Of a stretch of 64,000 nucleotides of DNA, positions 9,929-20,149 are shown in pieces. How positions within the stretch are numbered: position 1 is the stretch's first letter; each line of letters opens with the position of its first letter. The DNA lies in assembly GCA_046350855.1 (NCBI GenBank), contig JAXLZM010000002.1, forward strand, positions 142,103 through 206,102. The letters run 5' to 3'. The position numbers and the translations under genes are program-made. The DNA is from Candidatus Anderseniibacteriota bacterium (lineage in GTDB: Bacteria; Patescibacteriota; JAUYIX01). Under the pieces are notes generated by a model that was not told where the DNA came from, made no database searches, and saw only the letters and a program-made list of their open reading frames with translations.

Positions 9929-10687
9929 CTAGCTAACGCGACTCTTGAGCAAACAAAAGGCTCGCTCATCATGTTCCATAGACTCCGGCGTCGAGCGCAC
10001 GGTGTCGCCGCGGGTGATAAACGAGACGACCTCCCAGCCACTACGACGACAGAGGGTTTTGAGTCCTTCCGGTGTAAAGACAAAAAAATTGGTGGGATCG
10101 TTGTTGAGTTCGTGTTCGCCCACTAGATAGCCGAGCGACTGATCCGCAATGTTAAAGGCATGCTTGGGCAAAAAGCGACAGACTTTGGTGCTGAGCAAGC
10201 AATAGTCGGCATGGCGCGCGAGGTGCTCCAGCGCGTAAAAAGGATTTTTGAGGTGGTAGAGAATACCCAAAAAGATGACCAAACCGTAGCGCTCGGTCGG
10301 CAGGGTGAACTGCGTATCCAAATCGATGTCGTAAATTTTGACTCGCGAACGCAACGTTTTTTTGAGTAGCTTAGGTCCACGCAACGCATTTTGATGCGTC
10401 TCAGCGTGGTCGATGAGCTGCACTTTTTTGACACCGAGTTTTTCAAACATAAACCCAAAGTCACCGTCAGCGCCGCCGATATCTGCTAGGGGTTTGTCAC
10501 CGATCAGGGCTGAGAGGTTGCGCCATTTGCCCTGCAACAGGGCGTCCAGGTGTTGCACATTAGAGAGTGAGCCATAGGGATACCAGGTAAAGGGCGGCTT
10601 GAGATCTCTACGCATTTTGTCAAAGGCCACCACAAACTTAGGCAGCTCCCGTTTGAGGGTCTCGACGGTAATGGGCTGGTTTGGCAT
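9929..10687 (-). CDS. Class I SAM-dependent methyltransferase (CmoB/DUF1698-like)
   Basis: ADIGGADGDFGF, FLGILYHLKNPFYALE; start taken at ATG 10687. Confidence 0.8.
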   Translation of the reverse strand: MPNQPITVETLKRELPKFVVAFDKMRRDLKPPFTWYPYGSLSNVQHLDALLQGKWRNLSALIGDKPLADIGGADGDFGFMFEKLGVKKVQLIDHAETHQNALRGPKLLKKTLRSRVKIYDIDLDTQFTLPTERYGLVIFLGILYHLKNPFYALEHLARHADYCLLSTKVCRFLPKHAFNIADQSLGYLVGEHELNNDPTNFFVFTPEGLKTLCRRSGWEVVSFITRGDTVRSTPESMEHDERAFCLLKSRVS

Positions 10688-10793
10688 AGCACACGATAAT
10701 GGCACGTCGTTGGCCCTGCTGCAACCATTTTGGCTATTTGCGCTCGTGCGGCCTGCCGCTGGCATACTACGCGCTTTTTGCTACTCTGCTGGA

Positions 10794-12392
10794 GTGTTTT
10801 TAAGCAGGCTGAACCCAAAGCAGATCGTTTGGCTGGAACGGCTTTTTTTGGCCGTGGTGGTGGGTGCCTACCTCTGCCTCGCGTTGGTTAAGGTCAAATA
10901 CCCGGGTATTTACGCCAGTGAAATCACCCATGCCCCTGCAATTTTTGGGCTACCCAACGCCCCTGCTCTAGTAAAGCTCGGTAATTTTCCGGTCTTGGTC
11001 ATGGCCTACTACGGCGCGGTCAAAGTGTACGTCGGTTGGCTGTTCTTTAAAGTTTTAGGGGTCTCGGTCTTGACCATCCGTTTGCCCTGGATTGTGTGTG
11101 CCGCGGGCGGCTTGGTCGCGCTCTACTACGGTCTGCGCAAATACACCAACCGAACCATCGCCGCCGTGACACTCCTCCTGCTCGTTTTGGACCCAACCTT
11201 TGTCTCACAGACCAAACTAGACTCTGGTCCAGTTGCACTCGAGTTCTTGATCAAAGCCTCGGTGCTTGGACTGTGGGCTACGCTCCTCAAACGCGCCGAG
11301 CCACGTCGTGCCCTCCGCTTACTGCTGCCGATTTGGCTACTCCTGGCCCTGGGTGAGTACAACAAGCTCAACTTTTTGTGGTTTGTAAACAGTTTTTACG
11401 CGGCGGCCGTCCTAGTCTACTGGCGCTCGTGGCTTGGCTGGTATAAAACCGGCGCCAAAAAAATCCGTCTCGGCTTGACCGCTTTTTTTGCTGGCTACCT
11501 CGCCTTGGTAGGGTACTTCTTTTTGATCCAAGAAAAGTTCCACATTCTTGAATACTCGGACAACGCCTTTAATTTGCGTGATCGGCTCGAGATTATTTTT
11601 GATCAATTTAAGCATCACGTTGAGGGCACGATTTTTTATAACTTTGCTCTAGGCACTCTGGATGAACCCTGGCTACCCTGGCTCTTTTGGGGTGTGCTTG
11701 GCTTGACGGGCCTGGGTCTTGCGGTAATCGCTGTAAATGCGCGACTCAGAAAATCGCTCGGTCGACAGACTATCTTTGTAACGCTCATCGTCCTCAGTAC
11801 TCTGGCCCAAATCGTCGCGACAAAAAGCGCCAAAGCCCCCTGGCATCTCTTTGCCCTCTTTCCGTTCTTTACGATTTTGACGGCGACCGGACTGTATGCC
11901 ATCGCCCAGTTGTTCAGACAAAAAATGCGTTGGGTGGTGCTCGGTCTGCTGCTACTTGGTTTTGTGAGTGCAGGGGTGCGGCTCCAGGCGCGTTACCTAG
12001 ACGCCTACGATGATCCTCCCAAAAATATTCACTGGTCGGCCGCGATTTACGATGTCTTGGACTACACCAAGGCCAGTCAAGCTAAGGTTATCTGTGTCGA
12101 CTGGGGCACCTACACGCCCTTAGCCGTGTTGGATCCGATTAAAGGTAAGTATCTCAATTATGTTTGGTACTTTAGACGGGAGGAACCAGAACGATACGCC
12201 GATACCGCCCGCCGCTACCTTGACCCCAAAAAAGGCTACCTGTTTGTCTTACAGGACCACGAGCGGGCTTACTTTAAAGAGGCGCAGGATAAGTTTTACG
12301 CTTCGCTCAAGGCGAGCGGCTACACGCTTGAGCCGGTTTTGACCGCTGGACAAGGGCCGGTGCCAGACTTTACCGTGTACCGCACCAAATAA
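10794..12392 (+). CDS. GT-C fold membrane glycosyltransferase, paralog of 3403-5019
   Basis: Shared YPG, GVSV..IRLP, DPTF...DSGPV, NKLNF.W, PWH, KN..WS.AIY, VDWGT; GTG start 6 nt after TG-C-TACTCT. Confidence 0.8.
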   Translation: MFLSRLNPKQIVWLERLFLAVVVGAYLCLALVKVKYPGIYASEITHAPAIFGLPNAPALVKLGNFPVLVMAYYGAVKVYVGWLFFKVLGVSVLTIRLPWIVCAAGGLVALYYGLRKYTNRTIAAVTLLLLVLDPTFVSQTKLDSGPVALEFLIKASVLGLWATLLKRAEPRRALRLLLPIWLLLALGEYNKLNFLWFVNSFYAAAVLVYWRSWLGWYKTGAKKIRLGLTAFFAGYLALVGYFFLIQEKFHILEYSDNAFNLRDRLEIIFDQFKHHVEGTIFYNFALGTLDEPWLPWLFWGVLGLTGLGLAVIAVNARLRKSLGRQTIFVTLIVLSTLAQIVATKSAKAPWHLFALFPFFTILTATGLYAIAQLFRQKMRWVVLGLLLLGFVSAGVRLQARYLDAYDDPPKNIHWSAAIYDVLDYTKASQAKVICVDWGTYTPLAVLDPIKGKYLNYVWYFRREEPERYADTARRYLDPKKGYLFVLQDHERAYFKEAQDKFYASLKASGYTLEPVLTAGQGPVPDFTVYRTK

Positions 12393-12398
12393 ACTGCC

Positions 12399-14006
12399 GT
12401 GCAAAACACCCCCACCAAACCGACCCTCTTCAAAAAACTCCAAGCTTGGCTGCCCAGACTGGTCCCGGCCGTCCTGTTTTTAGGGATCACTTTTTTTGCG
12501 ACCTTTGCAGCCTATCGCTCGGTCTCGTCCTTTGATGGCGCCATGAACCTCCAGGTCCCCGTGACTTTAATTAAGGAGCACCGCTACGCAACCCACTACG
12601 GCTCCATTGTCGATTTTGATCATAAAATCCAGACCGGGCCTACGGTGCTAGTGCCCATCGCCCTCACGATCGGGGTGTTTGGCAAGTCGTTTTTCTCAGC
12701 CAGCTTGGTCAACTTGGTCTATCTATTGGGTTTTTTGGGTTTGCTGTTTTTGTTTGTACGGCGACTGGTTGGGCCTTGGTGGGCAACGCTGGCGGTCACT
12801 CTCGTTTTTGTAGTGCCCCGATTTTTAAATATCGCGATCAACCAGTATGGCGAAATCCCCGGCCTCTTTTTTGCCCTATCGGCTGCACTGGTGTTGGATC
12901 GGGTCGCACGTTCTCCCCGTCGACGCTTGTTGTTTGCGGTGGTCGCAGGGGTGCTACTCGGTCTCTCCGTCTTGACCAAGACCGTCATGCTTATCGTCGT
13001 GCCAAGTTTTGTGGTAGTGCTGCTCCTCGACCGTCTCTTAACCAAGCGGATTGCCTGGCGGCACTACCTGGCCTTTTTTATCTCGAGCGTTGTTCCGTAT
13101 GCCGCGTTTGAACTGTTTAAACTCTGGATGCTTGGTCTCACGCAATACAAACTGTGGTGGGCAACCGAACTCGGGGCGGTCTCCTCGCAGGCAGGGGTTG
13201 CCGAGGGTACCTTTAGTGATACGCCCGGGTTACTCCATAAGTTAGTGACACACATTGGTCTTCTGGGTAAGGAATTTGGCGCTTCGCAGATTTTGATGCT
13301 CGCTCTGGTTATTTTGCCGGTGCTGCTGGTGATTGGTAAAACCGTTCAGCTCGTCCGCCAAAAAAAGACGTTTACCTGGCCCCTCTCATTTTTTACGGTA
13401 GCGGGGATCGCCTACTCCTACTTTGGTTGGTGGCTCTTGATCACTCCTACCGCCCGGGCCTGGCACCGCCGCATTTTGGACGGTGTGATTGTGCAGGAGG
13501 TGCTTTTGGTCCTAACCTTAGCGGTCTTGGTTGTCTTGATCCGCAAAACTACAAGCCGACCCAAAAAAATCGGGGCACTGTTAGCAGCACTCCTCATAGT
13601 ACTCACCATGCTGTGGCAAGTCACCGTCTTTACTCCGCGCTTACGTACAGAGATCCAGGCGGCCAAAGTACGGCAGACGGTCGAGTACCTGGCGGGCAAG
13701 GTCTACCAGCTGCCCGAGGATGCCCGCATCTACGGCACAGGTTGGTGGCAATCCCCGCGCATGTCTTTTTTGTCTGGCCGAACCTTTGAAAGTATCAACC
13801 ACAACCCGCCTCAAGAAAGTGGGCCGCTCACGCATACATACTTTGTGGTAGAACGTGAGGCCTATGCGCTCAGTCGACCCGAGATCGATCGGATTTTATC
13901 CTGGTTTGACTACGAGGTGGTCGAGAACAAAAATTCGGGCAACGGCTACTACTCGATCTACCAGCTCAACTACTTTAACGAGCCGCCCGAGCAACGTGGC
14001 GAGTAA
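12399..14006 (+). CDS. GT-C fold (ArnT/PMT-like) membrane glycosyltransferase
   Basis: SFDGAMN after TM1, TGPTV, YGEIP, GLSVLTK, many TM helices, soluble C-tail. Confidence 0.75.
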   Translation: MQNTPTKPTLFKKLQAWLPRLVPAVLFLGITFFATFAAYRSVSSFDGAMNLQVPVTLIKEHRYATHYGSIVDFDHKIQTGPTVLVPIALTIGVFGKSFFSASLVNLVYLLGFLGLLFLFVRRLVGPWWATLAVTLVFVVPRFLNIAINQYGEIPGLFFALSAALVLDRVARSPRRRLLFAVVAGVLLGLSVLTKTVMLIVVPSFVVVLLLDRLLTKRIAWRHYLAFFISSVVPYAAFELFKLWMLGLTQYKLWWATELGAVSSQAGVAEGTFSDTPGLLHKLVTHIGLLGKEFGASQILMLALVILPVLLVIGKTVQLVRQKKTFTWPLSFFTVAGIAYSYFGWWLLITPTARAWHRRILDGVIVQEVLLVLTLAVLVVLIRKTTSRPKKIGALLAALLIVLTMLWQVTVFTPRLRTEIQAAKVRQTVEYLAGKVYQLPEDARIYGTGWWQSPRMSFLSGRTFESINHNPPQESGPLTHTYFVVEREAYALSRPEIDRILSWFDYEVVENKNSGNGYYSIYQLNYFNEPPEQRGE

Positions 14007-14025
14007 GGCTACCTGAATGTGGTTC

Positions 14026-14733
14026 TTACTTTTTTGTAGCGACCGCTAAAATATTTTTGCCAAACCAGTACTGGGTCAGCCGATCAAGGCCCAGACTGAC
14101 TGGAAAGACGTACGTGTCGTAGGTTTTAACTTGTCCCGGTTGCAGGGTGCCCGAGCGGCGCAGCGTCTTGTACGTTAATGCGGCCAAAAAGCCGAGCGAG
14201 TCGACGTAGCGAATGGTATCAACGCTAAAACCAGCCGCTTGTAACTTTTTGTGGAGATCAGCTCGTGTATAACGGCGATGATGCCCTACCTCTTGGTCCA
14301 TTTTTGAGTACAAAACCGGAAAAGCTGGTACGTAGAGCATCAGCTTACCGCCGGGCTTGAGGGCCGCGGCCAGCTGGCGTAAGACTTGTTTGTCCTCTTT
14401 AATGTGCTCGAGTACGTTGAGGCTGTAGATGTACTCGGCTTGCGCCGGAAGTTGAGTGAGCGAGGCGACGCTCGCAAAACCATCCGCCTTGAGGGTGGCT
14501 TGCAGACTCGGATCCATCTCGACCGGGACGACCGAGTAGTGTTGCGCGCGCATAGCTTTGGCAAAGGTCCCGGTGCCCGCCCCAAAATCTACAACACCGC
14601 GGACCTCGGCTGGACAGTAACGTGTCACGAGCGACAGTAAAAATCCGTTGTAGCGCCGGGCCAGCGCCATGGCCTCGAGGTTAGAACGGCCGGTGTAAAT
14701 TGCGCCGCCTACTTTTTGAGTGTGCGCTTCCAT
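14026..14733 (-). CDS. Class I SAM-dependent methyltransferase
   Basis: VDFGAGTG, NVLEHIKED, LKPGG, VPAFP.LYS.MD..VGHHRRY. Confidence 0.9.
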   Translation of the reverse strand: MEAHTQKVGGAIYTGRSNLEAMALARRYNGFLLSLVTRYCPAEVRGVVDFGAGTGTFAKAMRAQHYSVVPVEMDPSLQATLKADGFASVASLTQLPAQAEYIYSLNVLEHIKEDKQVLRQLAAALKPGGKLMLYVPAFPVLYSKMDQEVGHHRRYTRADLHKKLQAAGFSVDTIRYVDSLGFLAALTYKTLRRSGTLQPGQVKTYDTYVFPVSLGLDRLTQYWFGKNILAVATKK

Positions 14734-15623
14734 AGTTCAAAGGATTCGTTGTGGTACTTAACCGCGGAGTCGAGAATTAAGCCGATGGCGAGCGCCAGAC
14801 TGGCGAGGATGCTCAGTCCCACTGCCAAAATCGCCAAGGGTACGTGTGAGACATACTTGGTTTCTATGTAGTCGGCGATCGGTACTAGACCGGCCGCCAA
14901 GGCACCCAGTGCGATTACACCACTCAGGCCCGAGAAAAACAGCAACGGTCGATAGTGCTTACAGATGGAGAACAGCGCTCGCAGGATGATCGCCCCATCG
15001 CGGTAGGTGTTGAGTTTAGAGGTGCTGCCGGTTGGTCGGGCGCGGTAAGCCACCTGCTGCTCGACGATCAAAAAGTTTTTACTGGCGGCTTGCAAGGTCA
15101 TTTCGGTCTCGATTTCAAAACCGGCCGAGGTCAGCGGTACCGTTTTGACAAATTCTCGGGAGAACACTCGGTAGCCCGACAGCACGTCCGTCACCCGCAC
15201 CTTAAACAAACGTGAGATCAGGCTGGCGACCAGGCGGTTGCCAAAGTTATGGAAGAGCCTAAAGGATTGCTCCGAAAAATCCTGCAAACGAGTCGCCACC
15301 ACCATATCCGCTCCGGTTAGTTCTGCCAGGTGAATCAATCGTCCGGCCTCCTCAGCCGGGTAGGTGTCATCCCCATCCACCATCACATAGAGATCGGCAT
15401 CCACCGCGGCAAACATATGCCGGACCACGTAGCCCTTACCCTGCCGACGCGAGGCGATCACGGTGGCTCCCGCCTGGCGCGCTTTGTCGGCAGAGCCATC
15501 GCGTGAGTTATTATCAAAGACATATATCTGCGCGGTTGGGAGGTGACGTGTAAAGTCCTCGACCACCTTAGCGATGGTCAAGTGCTCGTTATAGCAGGGT
15601 ATCAGGACCGCAATCGTAGGCAT
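14709..15623 (-). CDS. GT2 polyprenyl-phosphate glycosyltransferase
   Basis: IPCYNE, FDNNSRD, MVDGDDTY, DVLSGYR, GFEIETE, two C-terminal TM helices. Confidence 0.92.
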   Translation of the reverse strand: MPTIAVLIPCYNEHLTIAKVVEDFTRHLPTAQIYVFDNNSRDGSADKARQAGATVIASRRQGKGYVVRHMFAAVDADLYVMVDGDDTYPAEEAGRLIHLAELTGADMVVATRLQDFSEQSFRLFHNFGNRLVASLISRLFKVRVTDVLSGYRVFSREFVKTVPLTSAGFEIETEMTLQAASKNFLIVEQQVAYRARPTGSTSKLNTYRDGAIILRALFSICKHYRPLLFFSGLSGVIALGALAAGLVPIADYIETKYVSHVPLAILAVGLSILASLALAIGLILDSAVKYHNESFELWKRTLKK

Positions 15624-15663
15624 ACAGAATGGTCGTACATACTAGCAAAGTTGAACTCACTGT

Positions 15664-17256
15664 CTAGAGCCGCTCAACGCGACAGAGCGAGTACTTGGCT
15701 CGGGTAATATGTGCACTAAACTTTTGACAGTTTTGATCGAGTAGTCTCAGGTTGAACTCAGCTAAAACCCGCTCGATCCGCAGGTCATCCTGTTTTTGGA
15801 ACAGCGCAAAAAGTGGATCGTGTGTCTCGGCTAAGGTAGGGCGGATAAACCGATCCACAAACCCGGCGTTGTCGTAGCGCTCGCCGTTCCAAGCTACGAG
15901 GCTACCGTCGATTCGAACAAAGCGATACTGCTCCGGAAAAAACGGAATCAAGTACGAGCGTGGACCGGAGCCAGGCAAGAGAACGGTCGCCGGTTTGGTG
16001 TCGGTGAGACGCGGTCGCACGTCAAAAAAATCTTGGGAGAATTCCACACTGCCAAAATCTGGGATGTTCATCCAGCCGATGCAGAGGACCAGGGCGAGCG
16101 ACTGCAGGACGGTGCGTAGTTTTGGGCGAGTGCGCGGTATCAAAAATACGAGCGCGGCAAACGCGACCAGTGGTGCGAGCAGCTCGAGAGTTTGAGCATA
16201 GCGGTAGTCATAGTAAACAAAACCCCACACCAAAAAAGAGACGCTGTATAAAACGAGCAGCGCAATTGAGACGCGATGTGCGGCGACCCGGGCGCGTTGC
16301 TTTTTTAACAAGAGGTACGCGATCGCCGCGAGCGAGAGGAGCAACAGGGTTACCACCAGGGCGTGACGCGCATCCTGGAACGGCCACTGCATGGCGTGGA
16401 TTCCTTTTTGAAGGAGCGCAAACGGAAAAAGCAGGATATCCCAGACGGAGTCGGCCGGTTTGGGTGCATAGAGAACCTTAGCGGTAAAGTAGACCGGTGA
16501 CTTAAAAAACTGGTTGGCAAAAGGGAAGACCGGGTTGTGGTAGCGCGTCCAGAGCACGTACATCCAATGCCCGTTAGCCAGTAAAAATCCGGCGCCCGTG
16601 GCAACCAGCCAGGTTCCAAAGTACACTGCTCTCTTTTTGAGCGACCCCGACTTAATTACCACAACTGCGGCGGTGGTGCCGATAGCGAGAGCCGCGCCGG
16701 TCAATTTGAGTCCAGCTCCTGCGCCGACTAACACCCCGGCGCTTAAGAAAAGAGCGGCCGCCATCCGGGGCTTGGTTGAGTAGGCAGAGCGCAGCAGGAG
16801 CCACAGGCCCAACAAAAAGAAGACGCTCACAAAATTATCATTAAAGGTTTTGCCGTGTTCGGCCAGCGTAACCGGCGCAATAAATCCGGCTACCGCGATG
16901 AGGAGAGCCCAGAGGGTCGCCACTGTCTTTTGATAGTGCTGTCGGGTGAACTCACGCGCGGCCAAAAAGAGCAGCCAAAAGTTGAGACCGTGTAAGACCC
17001 CCAGCCAAAAAACCGTCACCCGGGCCGAAAAATGCGTCACAAGTAGATAAAACGGCAAGTCGAGGAGGGGGTTGATAAAAGTTTGAACCTGCGCGGGGGC
17101 GATATCAAAATCCAGACGACCGTTTAGAAAAGCAAAGGCGTTGTACAAGTGGTAGTTAGCGAGGTCCCAGTTGGCATCCTGTTTAAACCAAATCGCGAGC
17201 AGACCAAAGCCAACCAGCGAGGCAGCAACGGCGAGGATCCAAAGAACGCGACGCAT
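15664..17256 (-). CDS. GT-C-like polytopic membrane glycosyltransferase
   Basis: QDANWDLANYHLYNA...PAQVQTFINPLLD loop, GLKLT, NPVFPFAN, many TM helices. Confidence 0.7.
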   Translation of the reverse strand: MRRVLWILAVAASLVGFGLLAIWFKQDANWDLANYHLYNAFAFLNGRLDFDIAPAQVQTFINPLLDLPFYLLVTHFSARVTVFWLGVLHGLNFWLLFLAAREFTRQHYQKTVATLWALLIAVAGFIAPVTLAEHGKTFNDNFVSVFFLLGLWLLLRSAYSTKPRMAAALFLSAGVLVGAGAGLKLTGAALAIGTTAAVVVIKSGSLKKRAVYFGTWLVATGAGFLLANGHWMYVLWTRYHNPVFPFANQFFKSPVYFTAKVLYAPKPADSVWDILLFPFALLQKGIHAMQWPFQDARHALVVTLLLLSLAAIAYLLLKKQRARVAAHRVSIALLVLYSVSFLVWGFVYYDYRYAQTLELLAPLVAFAALVFLIPRTRPKLRTVLQSLALVLCIGWMNIPDFGSVEFSQDFFDVRPRLTDTKPATVLLPGSGPRSYLIPFFPEQYRFVRIDGSLVAWNGERYDNAGFVDRFIRPTLAETHDPLFALFQKQDDLRIERVLAEFNLRLLDQNCQKFSAHITRAKYSLCRVERL

Positions 17257-17257
17257 G

Positions 17258-18367
17258 CTAGACGTTAAATTTAAACTCCATGACATCGCCGTCTTTGACC
17301 AGGTACTCTTTGCCTTCGGCGCGGACTTTGGCCTGCTCGCGGGCTTTAGGGTAGCCGCCGGCGTCTATAAGGTCCTTCCAAAAGACCGTCTCAGCTTTGA
17401 TAAATCCACGCTCAAAATCGGTATGGATGACGCCGGCGGCCCGCGGAGCGTGTGCCCCACGCTTCACCGTCCAGGCCCGCGACTCATCTGGTCCGGTGGT
17501 AAAAAAGGTAATCAATCCGAGAGCCTCGTAGGCGGCTTTAATCACGTCATCGAGTCCAGAGTGATCCAGTCCCATCTCTTGCAAAAAAGCGGCCTTGTCT
17601 TGGGCCTCGAGTTCTGAGAGCTCCGCTTCGATTTTGGCCGAGACGGGAACCACAATGACCGACCCCGTTGGCTTTTTGTGAGCGGCCGTCACCGACGCAA
17701 CCAGTGCCGTGCGCTTTTGTGCATCGCGGTATTGTTCTTCTGACAAGTTGACCACGTACAGGAGCGGCTTAGCGGTCAAGAGCCCAAGTTGCTGTGCAAA
17801 GGGTTGCTCCTCCTCGGTCAGTGAAACTTCGCGTGCAGCCTGACCGGCATCCAATGCACTTTTAAGTTTGAATAAGGCAGTTTGTTCTGCCAGCGCCTCT
17901 TTTTTACCGGACTTAGCCAGACGTGCAACTGATTGCAGTCGCTTAGTGACGGTCTCTAGATCAGCCAGCGCCAACTCAGTATTAATTGCGTCGATGTCGT
18001 TGGTTGGATCGATCTTGCCGTGCACGTGCGTTACGTTGCTATCCTCAAAGACCCGTACGACCTCAGCCACCGCGGCTACCTCTCTAATGTGCGACAAAAA
18101 TTTGTTGCCCAGACCCTCGCCTTTGTGTGCGCCGCGCACCAGCCCTGCGATGTCCACAAACTCCACGATGGTCGGGACGACTTTGGCTGAGGCGGACAAT
18201 TTGGCCAGAGCGTCTAGTCGTTGATCCGGAACGGCCACCACCCCGACGTTAGGTTCGATCGTAGTAAAAGGGTAGTTCTCAGCGGCAACCTGTTTTTTGG
18301 TTAGGGCCTTAAACAACGTCGACTTACCGACGTTGGGTAGCCCCACGATGCCGATCTTGATGTTCAT
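17258..18367 (-). CDS. ychF: Ribosome-binding ATPase YchF
   Basis: GIVGLPNVGKSTLF, NYPFTTIEPN, DIAGLV, GLGNKFL, IHTDFERGFI. Confidence 0.98.
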   Translation of the reverse strand: MNIKIGIVGLPNVGKSTLFKALTKKQVAAENYPFTTIEPNVGVVAVPDQRLDALAKLSASAKVVPTIVEFVDIAGLVRGAHKGEGLGNKFLSHIREVAAVAEVVRVFEDSNVTHVHGKIDPTNDIDAINTELALADLETVTKRLQSVARLAKSGKKEALAEQTALFKLKSALDAGQAAREVSLTEEEQPFAQQLGLLTAKPLLYVVNLSEEQYRDAQKRTALVASVTAAHKKPTGSVIVVPVSAKIEAELSELEAQDKAAFLQEMGLDHSGLDDVIKAAYEALGLITFFTTGPDESRAWTVKRGAHAPRAAGVIHTDFERGFIKAETVFWKDLIDAGGYPKAREQAKVRAEGKEYLVKDGDVMEFKFNV

Positions 18368-18402
18368 CCGGCTAGCGTAAAGCGATCGCTTGCATCGGTC
18401 AA
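18368..18402 (-). promoter_or_regulatory. Leaderless-type sigma70 promoter of ychF
   Basis: Minus strand TTGACC-17nt-TACGCT-6nt-ATG; no SD. Confidence 0.7.
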
Positions 18403-18423
18403 TCCAGTCGGTAGCATGCCGGT

Positions 18424-19776
18424 ATGCCCCAAGTGGTCCCGACCATTTTTACCGAGGAGGCCATCCGCGGCCAGTACCCGGGTGAACTCAACGAGGGTTC
18501 GGCCTACTTGCTCGGTCGTGCTTTTGCGCAAGTCTTGCGAGCGCGCAAGGTGGTGCTCGGCCGTGACGCGCGGCCCTCCTCACACAGTTTGGCTGCCAGC
18601 TTTACTAAAGGTTTATTGGAGGAGGGGGTAACGGTGCACGATCTCGGTTGGGCCAGCACCCCCTACCTCTCCTTTGCCTGCCAGCAGGCCGACTACGACG
18701 GCTCGGTCATGGTCACGGCCTCGCACCTGCCCGCCGACAGCAATGGCTTTTTGCTGACCGCGGCGCGCGGTAAACCCCTGACCCTCGAGCGGGGACTGAC
18801 CGAACTGCGAGACCTGCTGCGTCAGGGCTTGCCCTATCGACCCGTCCCGGTCGGTACGGTGGCCGCCAAAGATTACTCGACCATTTATCTCGATGCCATC
18901 ACGCGTCAGCGTATTATCAAAAAGTGCACGGTCGCGATCGATACAAGCAATGGCATGGCGGGCTTAGTCGTCCCCGCGATCTTGCAGCGCTTTCCGCAAG
19001 TGACCCTCGTGCCGATTAACTTTGAGATCGACGGGCTGTTTCCTGGTCACGTGCCCAACCCCCTTTTGCCCGATGCGCTGATCAAACTCAAGGGCGCGGT
19101 GCGTCTCAACAAGTGCGATTTAGGAGTAGCCTTTGACGGCGACGGCGATCAGATCGCCTTTATCACTCCTCAGGGTGAACTCCTCCCCGGCGACTTTGTG
19201 GGGGTGTTATTAGCCCAGCGTCAACTCCTCAAGCATCCGGCCGAGACGATTCTGCACGATGTACGTGCCTCCTGGGCCGTGGCCGAAGAAGTCAAAAAAA
19301 TCGGTGGTCGTCCGATTGAGACACGTACCGGCAGCGGCCACATCAAACAAGCCATGCGCGAGCAGCAGGCGATTTTTGCCGCCGACCCGAGCATGCACTA
19401 CTACTTTAAAGATTTTTACGGTAGCGATAACGCTGATTACGCCTTGCTCGAGATGCTCGAGCTCTTGAGCGAGGCCCAGCAGCCCCTGCAAGAGTTGGTT
19501 GCCCCGCTTAAAAAGTATATTCAGTCGGGCGAGATCAGTCTCCCGGTCACCGATCCACAGGCTGTTTTGTCCGCCGTGGCCACGCACTTTAAAAATGCAC
19601 AGCAAAAGAATCTCGATGGCCTCTCACTGACGTACCCCGATTGGCATCTCAACATTCGCTCCGCTCTGGCGCAACCGATCGTGCACTTTAACCTCGAGGC
19701 TAAATCCTCGGCCCTGCTCAAAGAAAAACGCAACGAGCTGGCAGAACTCCTGCAGCCGTTTGTACAACCCAATTAA
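18424..19776 (+). CDS. Phosphomannomutase/phosphoglucomutase family protein with divergent active site
   Basis: GRDARPSS, TASHLP, DG.FPGH.PNP, FDGDGDQ, HYYFKDF. Confidence 0.9.
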   Translation: MPQVVPTIFTEEAIRGQYPGELNEGSAYLLGRAFAQVLRARKVVLGRDARPSSHSLAASFTKGLLEEGVTVHDLGWASTPYLSFACQQADYDGSVMVTASHLPADSNGFLLTAARGKPLTLERGLTELRDLLRQGLPYRPVPVGTVAAKDYSTIYLDAITRQRIIKKCTVAIDTSNGMAGLVVPAILQRFPQVTLVPINFEIDGLFPGHVPNPLLPDALIKLKGAVRLNKCDLGVAFDGDGDQIAFITPQGELLPGDFVGVLLAQRQLLKHPAETILHDVRASWAVAEEVKKIGGRPIETRTGSGHIKQAMREQQAIFAADPSMHYYFKDFYGSDNADYALLEMLELLSEAQQPLQELVAPLKKYIQSGEISLPVTDPQAVLSAVATHFKNAQQKNLDGLSLTYPDWHLNIRSALAQPIVHFNLEAKSSALLKEKRNELAELLQPFVQPN

Positions 19777-20045
19777 ATCTGGACCTGCCCAAAGTTCTTG
19801 ATCTCGAGTTTTTCAATTCGAGTTTCGTGGCGCCCAACTGCACTCTTGAGCGCAACCTGTTCCGTGTCTTTTTTAGAAAGCATGCCTATAATCCGATCAA
19901 GTTTTTGAGTTACGCCATCACTTTTATTGTCCAGCACAGTGAGGCGTTTCTCTATCTTGTTCAAGCGTAATTCATGTACATTAAATGCTTTTAGGAGCGC
20001 CAAAAGGGTCGTTTTTATCCATTTAAAGCTTGGATCAGCAACCAT
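19773..20045 (-). CDS. Small coiled-coil hypothetical protein
   Basis: Heptad-like LNKIEKRL...HETRIEKLE; TG-C-TAAACT 7 nt before ATG. Confidence 0.6.
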   Translation of the reverse strand: MVADPSFKWIKTTLLALLKAFNVHELRLNKIEKRLTVLDNKSDGVTQKLDRIIGMLSKKDTEQVALKSAVGRHETRIEKLEIKNFGQVQI

Positions 20046-20149
20046 GTGGGTGAGTTTAGCAAATTATGCAGCCAGTGTAGCGAGGCTTCCTTAACAAAAG
20101 ATTAACAAAACACAGTTTTGGCGAGTACTTTTGTTGATAACTCAGTTAA

